From contig OZ024746.1 in the NCBI GenBank assembly GCA_964016885.1, positions 81,716,001 to 81,780,000 of the forward strand: 64,000 bases of DNA, read 5' to 3'. The position numbers and the translations under genes were made by a program. Each line of letters starts with the position of its first letter. Position 1 is the stretch's first letter. A model generated the notes under the pieces. That model ran no database searches, was not told the DNA's origin, and saw only the letters and a list, made by a program, of their open reading frames with translations. Origin of the DNA: Eledone cirrhosa (lineage: Eukaryota). Of the stretch, positions 1-13,725 are shown in pieces.

Positions 1-569
1 TACTGTTGTTGCTATTGCTATTTTTAACATTTAGTATAGGGGCCTTTTTCAGGATCATTTCCCCTCTTTTACCCCACACATCCCCCTTCTTCTTCTAGCT
101 TTCTATGGAGCATGGTATGATGAGAAATCTCCACTCCCATGATCCAAGCCTACTCCCAGGTCATCTTCCACAGACAGCAACCAGGTTTTGACAGGTCCCT
201 TCTGGAGACTTTCATTGCTCTATACAAGGACATGTGTAGCACATAGCCAAGCATCTTTCAGTCTTACAGCGATGATATACCCTAGACTACAATGCTGGAC
301 CCTTTCCATGTGGCTATTCCAAGAAATTTTATGGCCCTACATATGGAAGACATTTACAATTCTATAGATTCTGATATACATATATATGTAAATCTCTCTC
401 TTGCATATATATATACATATGAAGGTGCATGGTTAGTGTGTCGGGCTTAAAATCATGAGGTTGTGAGTTCAATTCTCGGACTGGGTTTTGCATTGTGTTT
501 TTAGGCAAAACACTTTATTTCATGTTACTCCAGTTCAATCAACTGGAGAAATGAGTTGCGATGTTACTG

Positions 570-1260
570 AAGTTGTATCGGGCTTTACCGATAGGAGTGT
601 GAGATAAAAGATTGTTTCTTTGATATGAGCAGTGATTGTATTTTTGTTGTGAGACTGGATTGTCATGTCTCCATTGGAGGAGTTAAAGTCTCTGTAGAGG
701 TTAGGTGTTAGGTCACATATGGATGTTGCATATGTGTCAGAGGTTAAGGAGAAGTGAATAATGGTATCATTTGCATAAGAATATTGTTACAGCAAGTAAA
801 TTGTTCATATACAAAGGAACAAATGTGGGACACATCAGATTGGATAGAATGTGTGAGTCAGAGAAAACCCTATCAGTATATGCTTCAATCTGACAGGTAA
901 CTTTCAATCCAGAAGATATGGATGAAGCCTTAGGTAGGAAGTTTAACTGACTAAGTTAAAGGCTTTACTGATCTCCAGTGCAATAATATTGCTCTTGCTG
1001 AACTTTTCAGGGATGAGACACTATTGGTAAGTGACATAAAAGAGCAGAGGCCATTGGAAAGAAAGTCTCTATAATAATCAAACTGCGTTATTGAGTAGGA
1101 AGAGAGACTGAAGGTGTTGGAGAAACTGGTTGTTAACAGCAATTTTCTCATCTTTGTGTGTTGGAAGTGATAAAGATAGTTCAATATTTTGGCAAGGTTA
1201 GAGAGGTTGGTGTTCTTAGTGAAGAGCCACATTGTAGCAATTTTTGAAAGATGGTGATAT
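570..1260 (-). mobile_element. Highly degraded non-LTR retrotransposon RT remnant (Jockey/CR1-like)
   Basis: Interrupted minus-strand peptide traces such as SLSSYSITQF...FLSN...VSSL resemble RT domains 3-5. No intact ORF. Confidence 0.35.
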
Positions 1261-2316
1261 AATTGTGTAAAGAGAGAACATCAAAGAGTTTAGCAAGTAT
1301 AACAGTTATCTTTGGAGCAAGCCATTTAAGTGTAATGCAAGTGGTGTGGATGCAGCTTAGCTGAATGGTTAAGAAGTTTGCTTTGTAATTATTAGGTCTC
1401 AAGTTAGTCCCCACTGCATGTTATCTTGGGCGAGTGTCATGGTTGACCCATGCCTTGTGAGTGAAATTTGGTAGACAGATAGTATTTAAAAGCCCATTGG
1501 ATGGACTGTACCTGCAATTCAAAAGGCTGGTCTTGTCACATACTATGTCATGCTGATTCTCCCTGTAATTACATTGCAGTTACACATGACTATGGAATGT
1601 TCAACCACTTACATATGAATTTCATGAGCAGGCTGTTTCATTGACTGAACAATTGGAAAATTCACTGTCAAAACTGATCAAGAGCCATTCCAATGAAAAG
1701 GACAAATGAAATATACTATGGTCAGGAGTGTGACCTCATAAATTAAACTGAAGTATAAAACATGAGGTGTACCGATATATAAAATTCTATGTAGATGTTT
1801 ACTGAAACTACAATGATCCATCAAGGACCAAAGGTTAGCTCTATTGACATGGCAATAAGATGAGGAATAAATGTTACCCTGGAGAAGATACCAGGCTATT
1901 TTCAGTAACATTCTCATATGACACAATAGCTTGCACCTAGAAAGTTTCCCTCTGCATGACAAGCCCAGTAAGAGTGTTTTGTGGAATGCTAACAGTTGCT
2001 CATGCATATCTGCCTCTCTTTTCTATGCCAGAAGAAAGGGAAAAACATTGTCACAGTTCATTTTTTCCAGCTAAGTGAACTGGAGCAACATTTGATAAAA
2101 TGTCTTGCTCAAGGAAACAATGCACTGCTCAGTTCTGGAATCAAACTCTCAGAACTTCATAATTGTGAGCCCAACACTCTAACCACTAAGCAACACACCT
2201 TCACAACACTAATACCTATGTCAAACAATGAAGTGAACTGAGGTGTGTGAAATTAACTATACTACTTAAAACTTATCAAACCACTTGCAGTAGACTTGAA
2301 CCCAAGATTTATGAGA

Positions 2317-2510
2317 TACAGGTAACATTTTGTTATAATGAATACCATTATAATGAATTTTTCAATATAACAACATTGTTTTCAATCCCCAAGGTAGTAA
2401 CAAATAAAACGCTTGATTTGTTTTGGTCAATCTCATTATAAAGAATTTTTTGTTACAATCATTTTTTTTTATATAACCAGTGAATTTCATTATAACGGAA
2501 TTTCACTGTA
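2317..2510. mobile_element. Tigger/pogo-like MITE
   Basis: TA-cagg...gttataatgaa at the left end and ttcattataac...ttcactg-TA at the right end form imperfect TIRs with TA flanks. Confidence 0.5.
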
Positions 2511-4607
2511 TATGCCAATACCATATCCACTCAACCATTTCACTCCTAAATATTAGATCAACAGTTCACTCATAGTTGATTGACTATCACCATACTTGAA
2601 TAGAAATGAATAGGGCTTATTCAGTAACAAGATACAGTGTGCCAATCAAAGGTAGGGAAATAAGGTCCAATTTATTATTGAATTAGTGCCACAGTTTTTT
2701 GACATTTCAACACAATGTCTATAAGTGGTGGGAGAAAATAAAAATATCAATAGTCATGAAAGACTATACTTTCTTCTACTGCAATTTTGACAGTTTATCA
2801 ATTGAAATGATGTCAGTCCATTGTAGCATCCTCCCACATTGTCTTCACAATAACCAATTTCAATGTTAAATCTTTAACTCTCTTGTGACTGTAGCATTTC
2901 TAATGAAATACTGTCTATTCCAATTAATAGTTTGATTATTAAATATGAACCCTATAAAATGAGAGGCTTTGTTTCATAAAACCAGAGCTGGTATTGGCAT
3001 CAAAGTGTTAAATAAATAAACCACACATTAGATATCTGATCTATCTAGAATATTTGATATATTTTTCATGTTAGAAAAATAATTATAAAATGTATAGAAA
3101 ACTTGAAAAATACTTTATAAATATCAATCATAGTATGGGTGTGGAGGTGAGGCAGAATGGTCACCTCACCCAACCTCCTCCCAGGTACAAGTATGAAAGG
3201 GCACAATAAATTTTCTCTGGCTTATAATCCTTGTTAACTAAAATAGCTACATGGCTGTTAAATATATTCTTAGAAATTATTATTTTTATTTTTAACTAAA
3301 TACATTGTTTTATTTTGTTTTTATCAAACATTTCGATTCCAAAATAATGATGTCTAACTTTGGTACATCACAAATTTGAAAATAATGGATTACTGTTGAT
3401 TGAATTGATACCAGGATCTCCTCATCTTTTTTCATTGATTGTGACTATGCTGTTGCTCCAATTAACACATTTTTCCATCCAACAGAAGCCTACTATGATG
3501 TCTTTGATGTCTTGCTGAAAGTATACTCTATAAACTGCTTACTATATTTAAAATTAAAAGACTACATTGGTTAGGTCATAAATTTTAGGAGAGGAAGCCA
3601 CATAGTAAAGATATTATGACCACAGCTTTGATCAATAAGTTAAGTCCACATGAAGAATTTACTCAATCAGTGTTGAGCAGAACTAACTAGCAATGAAAAC
3701 CTGTTAAAAGTAGCGGCCTTTAAATCAACCTCTAACATCTTAAAAAAAGAAGACAAACAGAACACTGTAGCCTCTGATATTATTAGCATCTGTTGGTCTC
3801 AGAAGATCATGGATCTACACCTGGAGAATTTTGTTTCAGCTGCTGATAGTAGTGCAGTGTCTGTTGTGGCTGTACAGGCCAACATGTGAGTGACAGTCTT
3901 GTATGCAGTGACTGCATTTTAAGATGCTCTCCCAGTGTTACTGTCCTTCCTCCAAGCATGCTTTTCCTCAGCTGCAAGTTTCAGTTTCTCTTCTCCTCAC
4001 TCCATCTGCTCACATAATACTCTGTCTGATATGCAAAAGAACAAAATTGCCATGGCTAGAATGCTTTTGATCAAAAGTCTGCTGGATCAGGGCTGACTTG
4101 ATGCTAAATGACAGCATATATCATCAACTCAAGAATGAAGTAGTCCAGTTTGACATGTTACAATAAATTTATGCTTTAGAGGTACTTGAACTCATTCAGT
4201 GTGTAATTGTAGTTCCTCTACGTCTAATATAAGCCTTCTATATTGCCATAACCACAATAACACTGACAACAACAACACAAAAGACTGCAGTCCATTTAAA
4301 ACAAAGTTCTGTTTGTTTCTAGAAAGAAATTGCAATATCTAATTATATTTTCCATTTTAAGCCCAAACATTAAACATTAATCATGTTGTAACTAATTTAC
4401 TTACAACACTCATTAGTGACAAAACAGTTTCTGTTGTGACCTATATAAAGCAATTGTTAGGGTTGTAAGTTCAAATTCAACTTAACACACACACACATAC
4501 ACACAAGCACACACATGGGCACACATGTATAGCAAGAAGGTGTGTTTTCAAAATTAGTCATAATTAGATACAAATTGGTGACTGGGTCTTTTCATGTGTA
4601 GGTGTGC

Positions 4608-4840
4608 GTATGTGTATATACACATATACAGGGGCGTCCCTTAGTTGCGTATGTGTATACACACATATACAGGGGCGTCCCTTAGTTGCGTATGTGTATA
4701 TACACATATACAGGGGCGTCACTTAATTGTGTATGTGTATATACCTATATACAGGGGTGTTAGTTGCATATGTGTATATGTACACATATACAGGGGCATT
4801 AGTTGCGTATGTATATATACACATATACAGGGGCGTCACT
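4608..4840 (+). repeat. About 41-bp minisatellite, about 6 copies
   Basis: Repeated gtatgtgtatatacacatatacaggggcgtcccttagttgc. Confidence 0.85.
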
Positions 4841-5374
4841 TCATTAAAGACAAATATACTGATGATTAAACATTAATTATTTCTTTTTATTTCATCACTT
4901 ATGATTCAAACTATATATGAATAAAAAGAGAATTTTTTTACTCTTTCAAATCATGTAAATTTAAACTTGAAAAGTTTAATTAGCATAATGCAAATAATAG
5001 CAATATCAATAAAGTAAAAAGAAAAAAAATGAACACAATTAATTTTAGAACATTTTAGAAAAAAAAAATAATTTCAATTTTAATATTCGGTATTATACAC
5101 CAGTTAAGTATAACAAATTATCAATAATATTTGATTATACTATCCTAGGATCCTCTTCATGAATAAATGAACAAGTTTATCATCAGAGACACAATTGAGA
5201 ATTCTACTAAATAATCTGAAATGGACTTTTCAAATTCTAGTTGCTCCTGGACTACTGGCCATCTTGTCAACACTGTGTGTGTGTGAGAGAGAAATAGAGA
5301 GAAGGGGAGAGAGGAAGGGAAGAAGATATAAAGTGGTTGACACATGACAGTCATGTATTATTATATAGACAAGA

Positions 5375-5593
5375 GCCATGGATTAGCAGTATCGTAGAGC
5401 ATCAGACACCATGCTTTGCAGCATAGTTATGGCCCTTTACGTTCTGAGTTCAAATTCTGCCGAAGTTAGCTTTGCCTTTCATCTTTATGGGGGTCAATAA
5501 AATAAAGCACCAGTAATGCACTGGGGGGTAGATTTAATCACCCCCACCCCCCTTCAAATTGCTGGCCTTGTGCCTAAAGTAGAAACAACTATT
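5375..5593 (+). mobile_element. tRNA-related SINE, family B
   Basis: gagttcaaat (B-box-like) followed by tttgcctttcatc...aaataaagcaccag...gctggccttgtgcctaaagtagaaacaa. Same family at 12875, 14170, 49840 and 50290. Confidence 0.7.
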
Positions 5594-7311
5594 ATATAGA
5601 AACCATCCTAAGATCGGTTGATGAGTAAAAATGCTTATCACCAGAGATGCAATTGAAGATTGTTCTAATGCATAAGCTGAAAGAGATGTTTTCAAGCCAA
5701 AAATTTGGTGCTCAATATCTATTCTTCATCATGCTATGCATATCTTCCATGAAAATAATGGCTTTTATGACTGTTCTTGTGAAGAGCAGTTGTAAAAAGT
5801 ACTGAAAGGATGGACTGATACATTCACTGTTTATGGATGAAAAACAGCAAAGTTATTGTTGATATTTTGAACAACAATACCATTGGCTGCTTATACTGAT
5901 GTTAAAGTATAATTCTTCAAACAAATAATATCAAAATCTCATAGATTTGATATTATGTGAGGTAAAGCTTTTACCATGAAAATGCAATAGTATATATAGA
6001 GTAATGTAAATGCTAAAGGCTTAAGTTGGTAGTTGGTGCATAACTTAACAAAGGTTCTTACATAAAATTATGATGGAAGGTCTTTAGATAATTATGAACA
6101 CTTTAAAATAATCAGTTTTGTAATGTAAAAACAGGAGCAATTTCAAACAGTTAGATATCAAAAGGGTTACTAACAGATTTTCTTTTCTCTAAAAATTCTG
6201 AAACTTTGAAACCATCTGTTTGTAAAGGGTGAAGGTTTTTAGCTGTGTTGTTTATAAGATTTATAATATTGTTTCGTGTTTCCTTGATTCGTTGAATGTG
6301 ACTAACATATCTTATTTCCATTAGTGTATGTATCCAAACTTTCTGATCGTAGACATAGTGTAGCGCACAAAATAACTAACATTAGAAATCAAAACAAAAT
6401 CATGAAGTAGGCTACAATGCGAATTAAGACCTCCTCTACAACACTCACATGTGTTATATAAATGTCTCTATATGTTTATATGTTGTGTGTAGGTACACTA
6501 GCAAGTAGCATGTGAGCATAAGAGTATGTGTATGTATGTGAGAGAGAGAGAGAGAGAGGAAGATATAGATATATATATATACATACAGAGAGTGAAAGAG
6601 GTAAAAAGTAGAGAGGAAAGATACACACATATATATATATATACACATACAGAGAGAGAGAGAGAGAGAGATTAATCATATACATATTAAAAATGCAGGC
6701 ATGCAGTTGATTTTAAATTGCTATAGAATTGTCCCTTTCGAAATGCACATAAAATAAACAAAAAATATTTTGCTCTTTTTAGCACCACTATTCACACACA
6801 CACACACACTCTAGTATGCAAGTACAGTTGAAGACAACCAGCATACACTAGAGTTCAGTTGGGAAATATCTGACACATAAATCAGTGTAAGAATTCAGCA
6901 AGTTCCACACCTTCAATTAGCCCAACTTCCAGCTATGAAAACTAAAGAACCATGGAAGTAAGCTAAAAGGGTTGCAAGCTTGGCAGCGGGTTTGTGGCAC
7001 TGTTGTTCAGCAGATCAAAGAAAGTAAAGTGAGAGGAAAAACATGCTGTAACATGTTTTTGACATTTGTCCAAGTCAAGCACTCACCAACCACCAAAGGC
7101 ACCAAAAAGAAAAGCAATGATGTATGGGAAGACTTACTTCCAAAACAGTATTCCAGAGAATGCCGAAAATGTTATCCAAAGTACAACACACACACACAAG
7201 CAAGGCTGTTTTGGAAAGGACTAATCTTGCCCATGCAAGCTTGGGAAAATGGATGTAAAATGATTATAATGATGCATATGATTATAATGATGCATATGAA
7301 TAGAAATTATC

Positions 7312-7356
<45 letters not shown>

Positions 7357-7360
<4 letters not shown>

Positions 7361-7535
7361 TGAGATTCTTCCTGGTGACTGAGCTCTTGCTGTTTCGAAA
7401 CAAGAGCTCAACTGTCAGGCAGAAACTCATTATAATAAATACACTCTACTTTCTTAAGTATCGAGTACTAAGCTGAACAATGGTCTTACTAGTCTAAACT
7501 AGTAGCCTCCACATTTGACTCGCACTCTCTAAATA
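7357..7535 (+). mobile_element. Degenerate PLE-type terminus: fold-back with HHR 3' half plus tail
   Basis: Imperfect palindrome ataatgag...gagctcttg/caagagctc...ctcattat containing GAAAC...GTC, then a cactctac...gagta tail and (TA)n. Confidence 0.5.
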
Positions 7536-8043
7536 ATATATATATACACACACATACACACACATATATATATATATTTATATATCATCACTGTTTAAAC
7601 GTCCATTTTTCCCATGCTAGCATGGGTTAGACGAGTTGTTCTGTTGTGAGCAATGCCAGGTAAGGTGACCGTGTCTTGCTCATACAGAACTGATTTTGGC
7701 TTGGTTTCTACAGATGGATGCCCTTCCTAACACCAACCTCATTTACGGTGAGTACTGCTTGCTTTTTACTGTGGTGCCTACACATATATACACATCATCA
7801 TCATTGTTTAGTGTCCATCTTCTCATATTCGGATGGCTTGAATGGGTCCCATCCAACACAGCCTCTCTTTACTCATAATATTTCTGTCAGTAAGGGAAAT
7901 ATATAATAGTGACGATGAAGACAATAAGAAAAAGAGATAGATAGACAGACTGACATGAATATATATCTATCTATATGCAAAGTGTATTATGTGGCTCAAC
8001 TACCCTTTATCCTGACAAATACGGACAGCTAGCATTATTCCAA

Positions 8044-9200
8044 TTACACCCCACACAGCAATCTACTATAAGCAGAGCTGAGTAGATCTGCATTACATGC
8101 AAGAGGTAAAATGAAAGGCTCACAGGCAAGGAACAAATTCTTCTGGGTGGATAACAGTGTTAGTGGGAGTGATATAGGTATATTGTTGGCAGAGAAATGG
8201 ATAGATAAAATAATTAAGATAGCCAGCATATGTGACAGAGCAATTAATCTTAGGCTAGTAATGGGCAATATGACAACAACAGCTATCTTTATATATGCAT
8301 TACAATCAGGACTGATAGATGAGCAGACACAAACTGTTTCTATGAAGCTATGATGGTTGCTACAGCATACATGGAAGCTATAAGTATGACATAAGAAGTA
8401 AGTAGAGATTAGAGTTCTTGTGATACAAATAACCTAAGAATTTGCAAAACTAACTTCAAGAAACAGGCCAGCCACTCAATCACTTACCAATCAGGTAAAT
8501 GCTCAAGTCTGAGAAACTTTATACTCTCTATGAAGAGGATCAACAGATAATTGTAAATACCACCAATCGCCATTAACTAGGGATTAGTGATATTATCAGA
8601 ATATGAGCTATACATCTACAGAGGCACAAGGTAATCTGAAGAATGAATGCATAGAAACTGAATCCAATGTTAGTAACAAGAAGTTCTAGGTAATATGTAC
8701 GTCAATAATGATGTATATATTTTAGTCTGGTAGTTTATAAGAAAACTAGGTGTAGATGAATAGCTTGGAAGAGCTGTGTAAGTAATCTACAGAGGAACAA
8801 GCAGTAATGAATTCAGCAAAGAATTTAGCATGCAACTTAGTGTTCATCAGGGCACACATCATATCCCTCTTCTGTTTATTATAGTTCTCATGACCATAAC
8901 AGAGGAGTTTAGCACCAGTTGTCAGTGAGGTTTCTCGTATGCTAATGAACTAATTTTCAAATGGAATCTGTTAAAGAATCAAAGGTATATCAGGTAGAAA
9001 CAGATTTAATAAAATCCCTCATATACAGACATTTGTATGGAAGAGATATGCAGAATTGGTGAAATACATGGTTGATATCATCTTTGTGAATAGAAGAGGA
9101 GTTGAGTCTCAGAAAGATGAGAAAGCCAAAGAGACCCAAGGCCATCCTGAATTACACAGGGCAACATGGTACAGGGAAAATGAGAGAGTAAGAGTGGAGA
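8044..9200 (+). mobile_element. Degraded RTE LINE (APE endonuclease and RT fragments)
   Basis: KFFWVDN...GILLAEKWIDKI...DRAINLRLV...IYA.QSG is RTE APE-like. Later gttcatcaggg...ctcttctgtttattatagttct matches the RT segment at 39440. Confidence 0.6.
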
Positions 9201-9463
9201 GAGAGCATGTGTGATAGAGAGATGAATGATAGCACCATATATATATATATATAGGTTGAGAGGTATGATAATATTTACATTTGGTTCTCTTGCCCTCATA
9301 CCTCCTTGATGCTATCATTCACTGGCTGATCAGTGGGTCTGCTAATATGCAGATCTGGCTGATCAGCCAGTCTGCTAATATGCAAATCAGGCCATTCAGT
9401 CACTTTATATTTTAGAAAATATATATTTTCACTAGCTCTGACAGTTGGCAGGTGAACAGTGAA

Positions 9464-9501
9464 CTGTACTGATGAAGGGTAATACCCAGAAACATTAGTG
9501 C
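9464..9501 (+). ncRNA. Minimal type I hammerhead-like motif (degenerate stem I)
   Basis: CTGATGA-a-gggta-a-taccc-a-GAAAC-att-agtgc. Confidence 0.5.
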
Positions 9502-9720
9502 CTGCTGTTCTGTTTACATGCCAACACAAGAGCAAGAATGAGGGGCTCATTCTAATGACATGGCTTTAAAAATGAGGCTGTTTGCATAATTGCAAACAAA
9601 TCGAATATTATTATTGATATTCGAAAAACTCAGATTACATTTATTATATATATATTTATATATATATATATATACATACATACATATTTCAATGAAAACA
9701 AATATTTCTTTAATATTGCA

Positions 9721-9786
<66 letters not shown>

Positions 9787-9882
9787 CTGACTGAATACGC
9801 ACGTGTTTTTTCTCAATTTTTTTTCTTCTTCCTTCCTCTTCTCCCTCTCTATCTTTCTATTGTATTTTTATTTCTCATTCTT

Positions 9883-9918
9883 TCTTCTGATGAAGGACTA
9901 GTGCCCGAAATGTAAAGA
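9883..9918 (+). ncRNA. Minimal type I hammerhead motif (PLE-type)
   Basis: tctt-CTGATGA-aggactagtgccc-GAAA-tGTA-aaga, stem I tctt/aaga. Lies in an insert of about 210 bp between (TG)n and (AC/TA)n. Confidence 0.65.
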
Positions 9919-10244
9919 CTACCTACTATATCAAATGTTAAACTAATATATTTCTTCATTGTAGTGTGTTATTTACTTTATTTTTGTTTACTTTTTGTAC
10001 ACACACACACACATATATGTATATATATATATATATGCAAAAGTTCTATTTAAAATTGTTGGGATACAACAAGTAAATATTTTTATAACTGATATAAAGC
10101 ACTCTCCATCTTTTTCTAATTGTCCTTAACACTATGACTTATTAAAATAATATAAACAACTCACTATCCGGATGGCTTCCAAAAATAATGGTTGCATTTT
10201 AAAAGGGTACGTCAAAGCTTATTTGTAAAACTGTTATATATTGT

Positions 10245-10305
10245 ATTTTGTCTGATGAAGGCATACCATAATTTAATTTGGTATCCCTGAAATATGTATA
10301 ATGAA
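10245..10305 (+). ncRNA. Degenerate type I hammerhead motif
   Basis: CTGATGA-aggcatacca-loop-tggtatccct-GAAA-tatGTA. Good stem II, weak stem I, followed by an aataaa-containing tail and (TA)n at 10349. Confidence 0.5.
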
Positions 10306-10347
10306 ATAAATATGGTTTTATAAATATAGTTTCCATTTATTAATATC

Positions 10348-10405
<58 letters not shown>

Positions 10406-10980
10406 TTACTTTTTTTAAATTAATTAATCCAGTCAGTAAAATTTCTTTTTCCACAGTTTTCCATTCTTTTCGAGGTTCTCCATTTGTTTACTTCAATGAT
10501 GTTAAATGTTTCTTTCTTCAACTAACTTCATGGCTCTATCTCCCTATCTACCACATCTCCGATCTCGATAGCTCTAAACAAGCAGCACATAACAGTGTTT
10601 CTCTCTCAAGCCCAGCCATGTAAAGATAAGGTTTTATTTTCAAACTGTATTTTAAATTAATTACTCCAGTCAGTAAAATTTCTTTTTCCACAGTTTCTCC
10701 ATTTTTTTCGAGGTTCTACATTTGCTTACTTCATGGTTCTATCATCTCCACATCCCACTCCCTGGCCTCTTATTCACCACATTCCAGTTATGTTTTAGCT
10801 CACATTGCCTTGCACACACTTATTTCCCCAACTTTCCTTCCTGCCCATTGCTTTCCTCACTCACCCTGTTACATCACAAAGGTCAATTGCTACTCTGCAG
10901 ACCACTGCTGCCCTGAGTAAAGTAAGATTATGGTTACAGGGAAGATATAGACTATGCAAGTTGTACGGAAAGCACATGCC

Positions 10981-11625
10981 TAGGAGGGCAGTGACTCCAA
11001 TTAAAAAACAACTGCATGGGGCAAACTTGTACTCTGTAAGTTGTAGTAAAGGTAACCCATCTAGGAGGGCAGTGACTCCAATTAAAAAAACAACTGCATG
11101 GGGCAAACTTGTACTCTGTAAGTTGTAGTAAAGGTAACCCATCTAGGAGGGCAGTGACTCCAATTAAAAACAACTGCATGGGGCAAACTTGTACTTTGTA
11201 AGTTGTAGTAAAGGTAACCCATCTAGGAGGGCAGTGACTCCAATTAAAAACAACTGCATGGGGCAAACTTGTACTCTGTAAGTTGTAGTAAAGGTAACCC
11301 ATCTAGGAGGGCAGTGACTCCAATTAAAAACAACTGCATGGGGCAAACTTGTACTCTGTAAGTTGTAGTAAAGGTAACCCATCTAGGAGGGCAGTGACTC
11401 CAATTAAAAACAACTGCATGGGGCAAACTTGTACTCTGTAAGTTGTAGTAAAGGTAACCCATCTAGGAGGGCAGTGACTCCAATTAAAAACAACTGCATG
11501 GGGCAAACTTGTACCCTGTAAGTTGTAGTAAAGGTAACCCATCTAGGAGGGCAGTGACTCTGATTAAAAATGACAGCACAGGGCAGATGTGGACCCTGTA
11601 AGCTGTAGTGAAGGCAATCCGTCTA
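10981..11625 (+). repeat. 80-bp minisatellite, about 8 copies
   Basis: Unit taggagggcagtgactccaattaaaaacaactgcatggggcaaacttgtactctgtaagttgtagtaaaggtaacccatc starts at 10981, 11062, 11144, 11224, 11304, 11384, 11464 and (degenerate) 11544. Confidence 0.97.
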
Positions 11626-12874
11626 GTGTCATAACATGATGGTAGTGGTGGTATCATGAGAAAAACTCCCAGTATATGCTATAATGTGGTAGGTGTTAGG
11701 AAGGGCTACAAGCCATAAAAATAACAAAAACAAACCCAAAACAGATCTGCATGAACAAGATGTGGCCACCTGACTTGAATAGCTGCATAACATGACAAGT
11801 CATCTAACACATACAAGAATGGAAAATAGGTATTAAACAGTGATGATGATGATGATGATGACTGGGTCCATTTTCTCATGGTTCCAACATAGAGCAATTG
11901 TCATGTACTTGGCAAAACTGAAGATTCCTTTATACCCTATATTGTTTCTGATCATGCACCTACCACTTTACAGAGTGAACTGGGTGTATTTTATGAAAAC
12001 ACCAACACTAGAGATTTTGTCAGGTTTTCAAAGATACCAAAGGATCCTCTTTACCCTACATTGTTGCAGTTCATTCAACATCCTCTTTATAGGCTTTTGA
12101 TATGTCTGAGATATGTCTGAGGTGTTTGATATGTCTGAGATATGTCTAGTGATATGTCTGAGATACACAGAGACATCAGATAATCCCAAATAAATTTTAT
12201 CTAATTACAACGCAAACCATTACTAATTCAATTTCCCTTCCTGGTCAGTGTGCATAATAACTTCAATCTGATAAATTTTATTCATTCAGACAGAGAGTTA
12301 ATTCTTAATGTCCTATACCACATGAAACCACCGTAGTAAAATATTCTTGAAAAGTACAAAACATCACTAAGACTGTATCACATCAAAAATTAAAGTCTTC
12401 ACTCTAATACTAATAATAAAGTTTACACTAATCTGTTCAGTAGTGGAGGTACTAAAAACATATGAATTAACAAACCCATTTTTATATATTGCTACTTAAT
12501 ATTAAGGGATGTTAAGAGTTAGTATTTACAAAAAGGCAATTCAGTGAATATAAATCATTAATATATGTAGACATTGTTCAAGAAGACAACATGCTCCAAT
12601 CCAGGAATCAAACTCATGACCTAACAATCATGGGTCCAGCAGTCTAATCACTACACCACGTGCCTATATATATACATAAACATATATACATATATACATC
12701 GCTATTTCAGAGCTCCAACACAAATTTCTAATTGCTGCTGGGCCAGCAATTGCTCTGTATGTTAATGAGTTTAAACAGCTCATCTAAACTATAATAAAGT
12801 AAGAAACGCGGGACTGCGTACGGTTTATAATTTTTTATCCCATTAGTAAAATAAGTTGGATTACTTTGAATAAA

Positions 12875-13160
12875 TAATTGTTTCTATGTTAGGCACAAGG
12901 CCAGCAATTAACCAGTGCATTACTGGTACTTTATTTTATCAACCCCGTAAGGATGAAAGGCAAAGTTAACCTTGGCGGTATTTGAACTCAGATGGCAAGG
13001 GCCGTAATTCTATACGTCAAAGCATGGCGTCCGACCCTCTACCAATACTGCCAATCCAATAAATAATTGTTTCTACGTTAGGCACAAGACCAACAATTAC
13101 CCAGTGTATTACTGGTACTTTATTTTATCGACCCCGTAAGGACGAGGCAAAGTTAACCAA
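12875..13160 (-). mobile_element. SINE family B: one full copy plus a partial tandem copy
   Basis: aattgtttcta...ggcacaaggccagcaatt...ttgaactcag...ctctaccaatactgccaatcc, then a repeat of its first 100 bp or so. Confidence 0.75.
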
Positions 13161-13607
13161 TCCAATAAATAATGAATGAATATTACATAATTTATCTACT
13201 AAATTCTGTGGCTGTTGATTAAATATATTTTGTTTATTTAAAGATTCACTTCTTTAAAATTTCTGAAATGTCAACACTTCCAGTTGGCCATCACTTAAAT
13301 AAACATACTAATTTTCTCCTAATGCAGTTTATATGTAATATCGTCTTTTTTAATGTATATGGATTACGTTACTGATTAAATAAGACAGTGTAATGCAGTC
13401 TTCGTTCAATTTCTATGTATCATCTATTGTCAATTACGATTTTATTTGATGTATCATATCTACATGTATATATACCTGTGTGTATCAATATACACACTAC
13501 ACATGCTAGCAGAAAATCACCCGAAGGGTGGTTTTTCTGCTAGTCAACATAATTTGTATTCTATAAGAATCCAGCTTCTACAGTTCACAGCAGAGGCAGA
13601 GAGGTAT

Positions 13608-13650
13608 ATAACCTTGATAACCGCTAAACAGCGAGAAACCTGTCGGTTAT
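13608..13650 (+). ncRNA. Type I hammerhead motif with U3:A8 core variant
   Basis: ataacc-TTGATAA-c-cgct-aaac-agcg-a-GAAAC-ct-GTC-ggttat. Perfect 6-bp stem I and 4-bp stem II. Confidence 0.7.
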
Positions 13651-13661
13651 TCCCCTTTGTT

Positions 13662-13725
13662 TTTTGCTGAAGCTGGGTATGTGACTATAGTCACTACCTA
13701 AATTCATAGCGAAAGGCCTTCAAAA
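13662..13725 (+). ncRNA. Second, degenerate hammerhead motif directly after 13608-13650
   Basis: ttttg-CTGAAG-ctgggta-tgtgactatagtcac-taccta...agc-GAAA-ggcc-TT-caaaa. Stem I ttttg/caaaa, palindromic stem III aaggcctt, core appears to lack A9. Confidence 0.5.

Noticed and set aside
2815-2850. Minus-strand WEDAT as possible PUDP last exon (FEDA motif)
   Set aside because: Surrounding residues do not match VFED..NG..AA..AGM and there is no suitable acceptor.
10981-11625. Possible CRISPR-like array or repeated-peptide ORFs
   Set aside because: Units are contiguous with no unique spacers, the context is eukaryotic and there are no cas genes.
12755-12830. GAAACgc...gcGTA resembling an HHR 3' half near (TA)n
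   Set aside because: The 5' core (ttaatga) and stems I and II are too degenerate to call.
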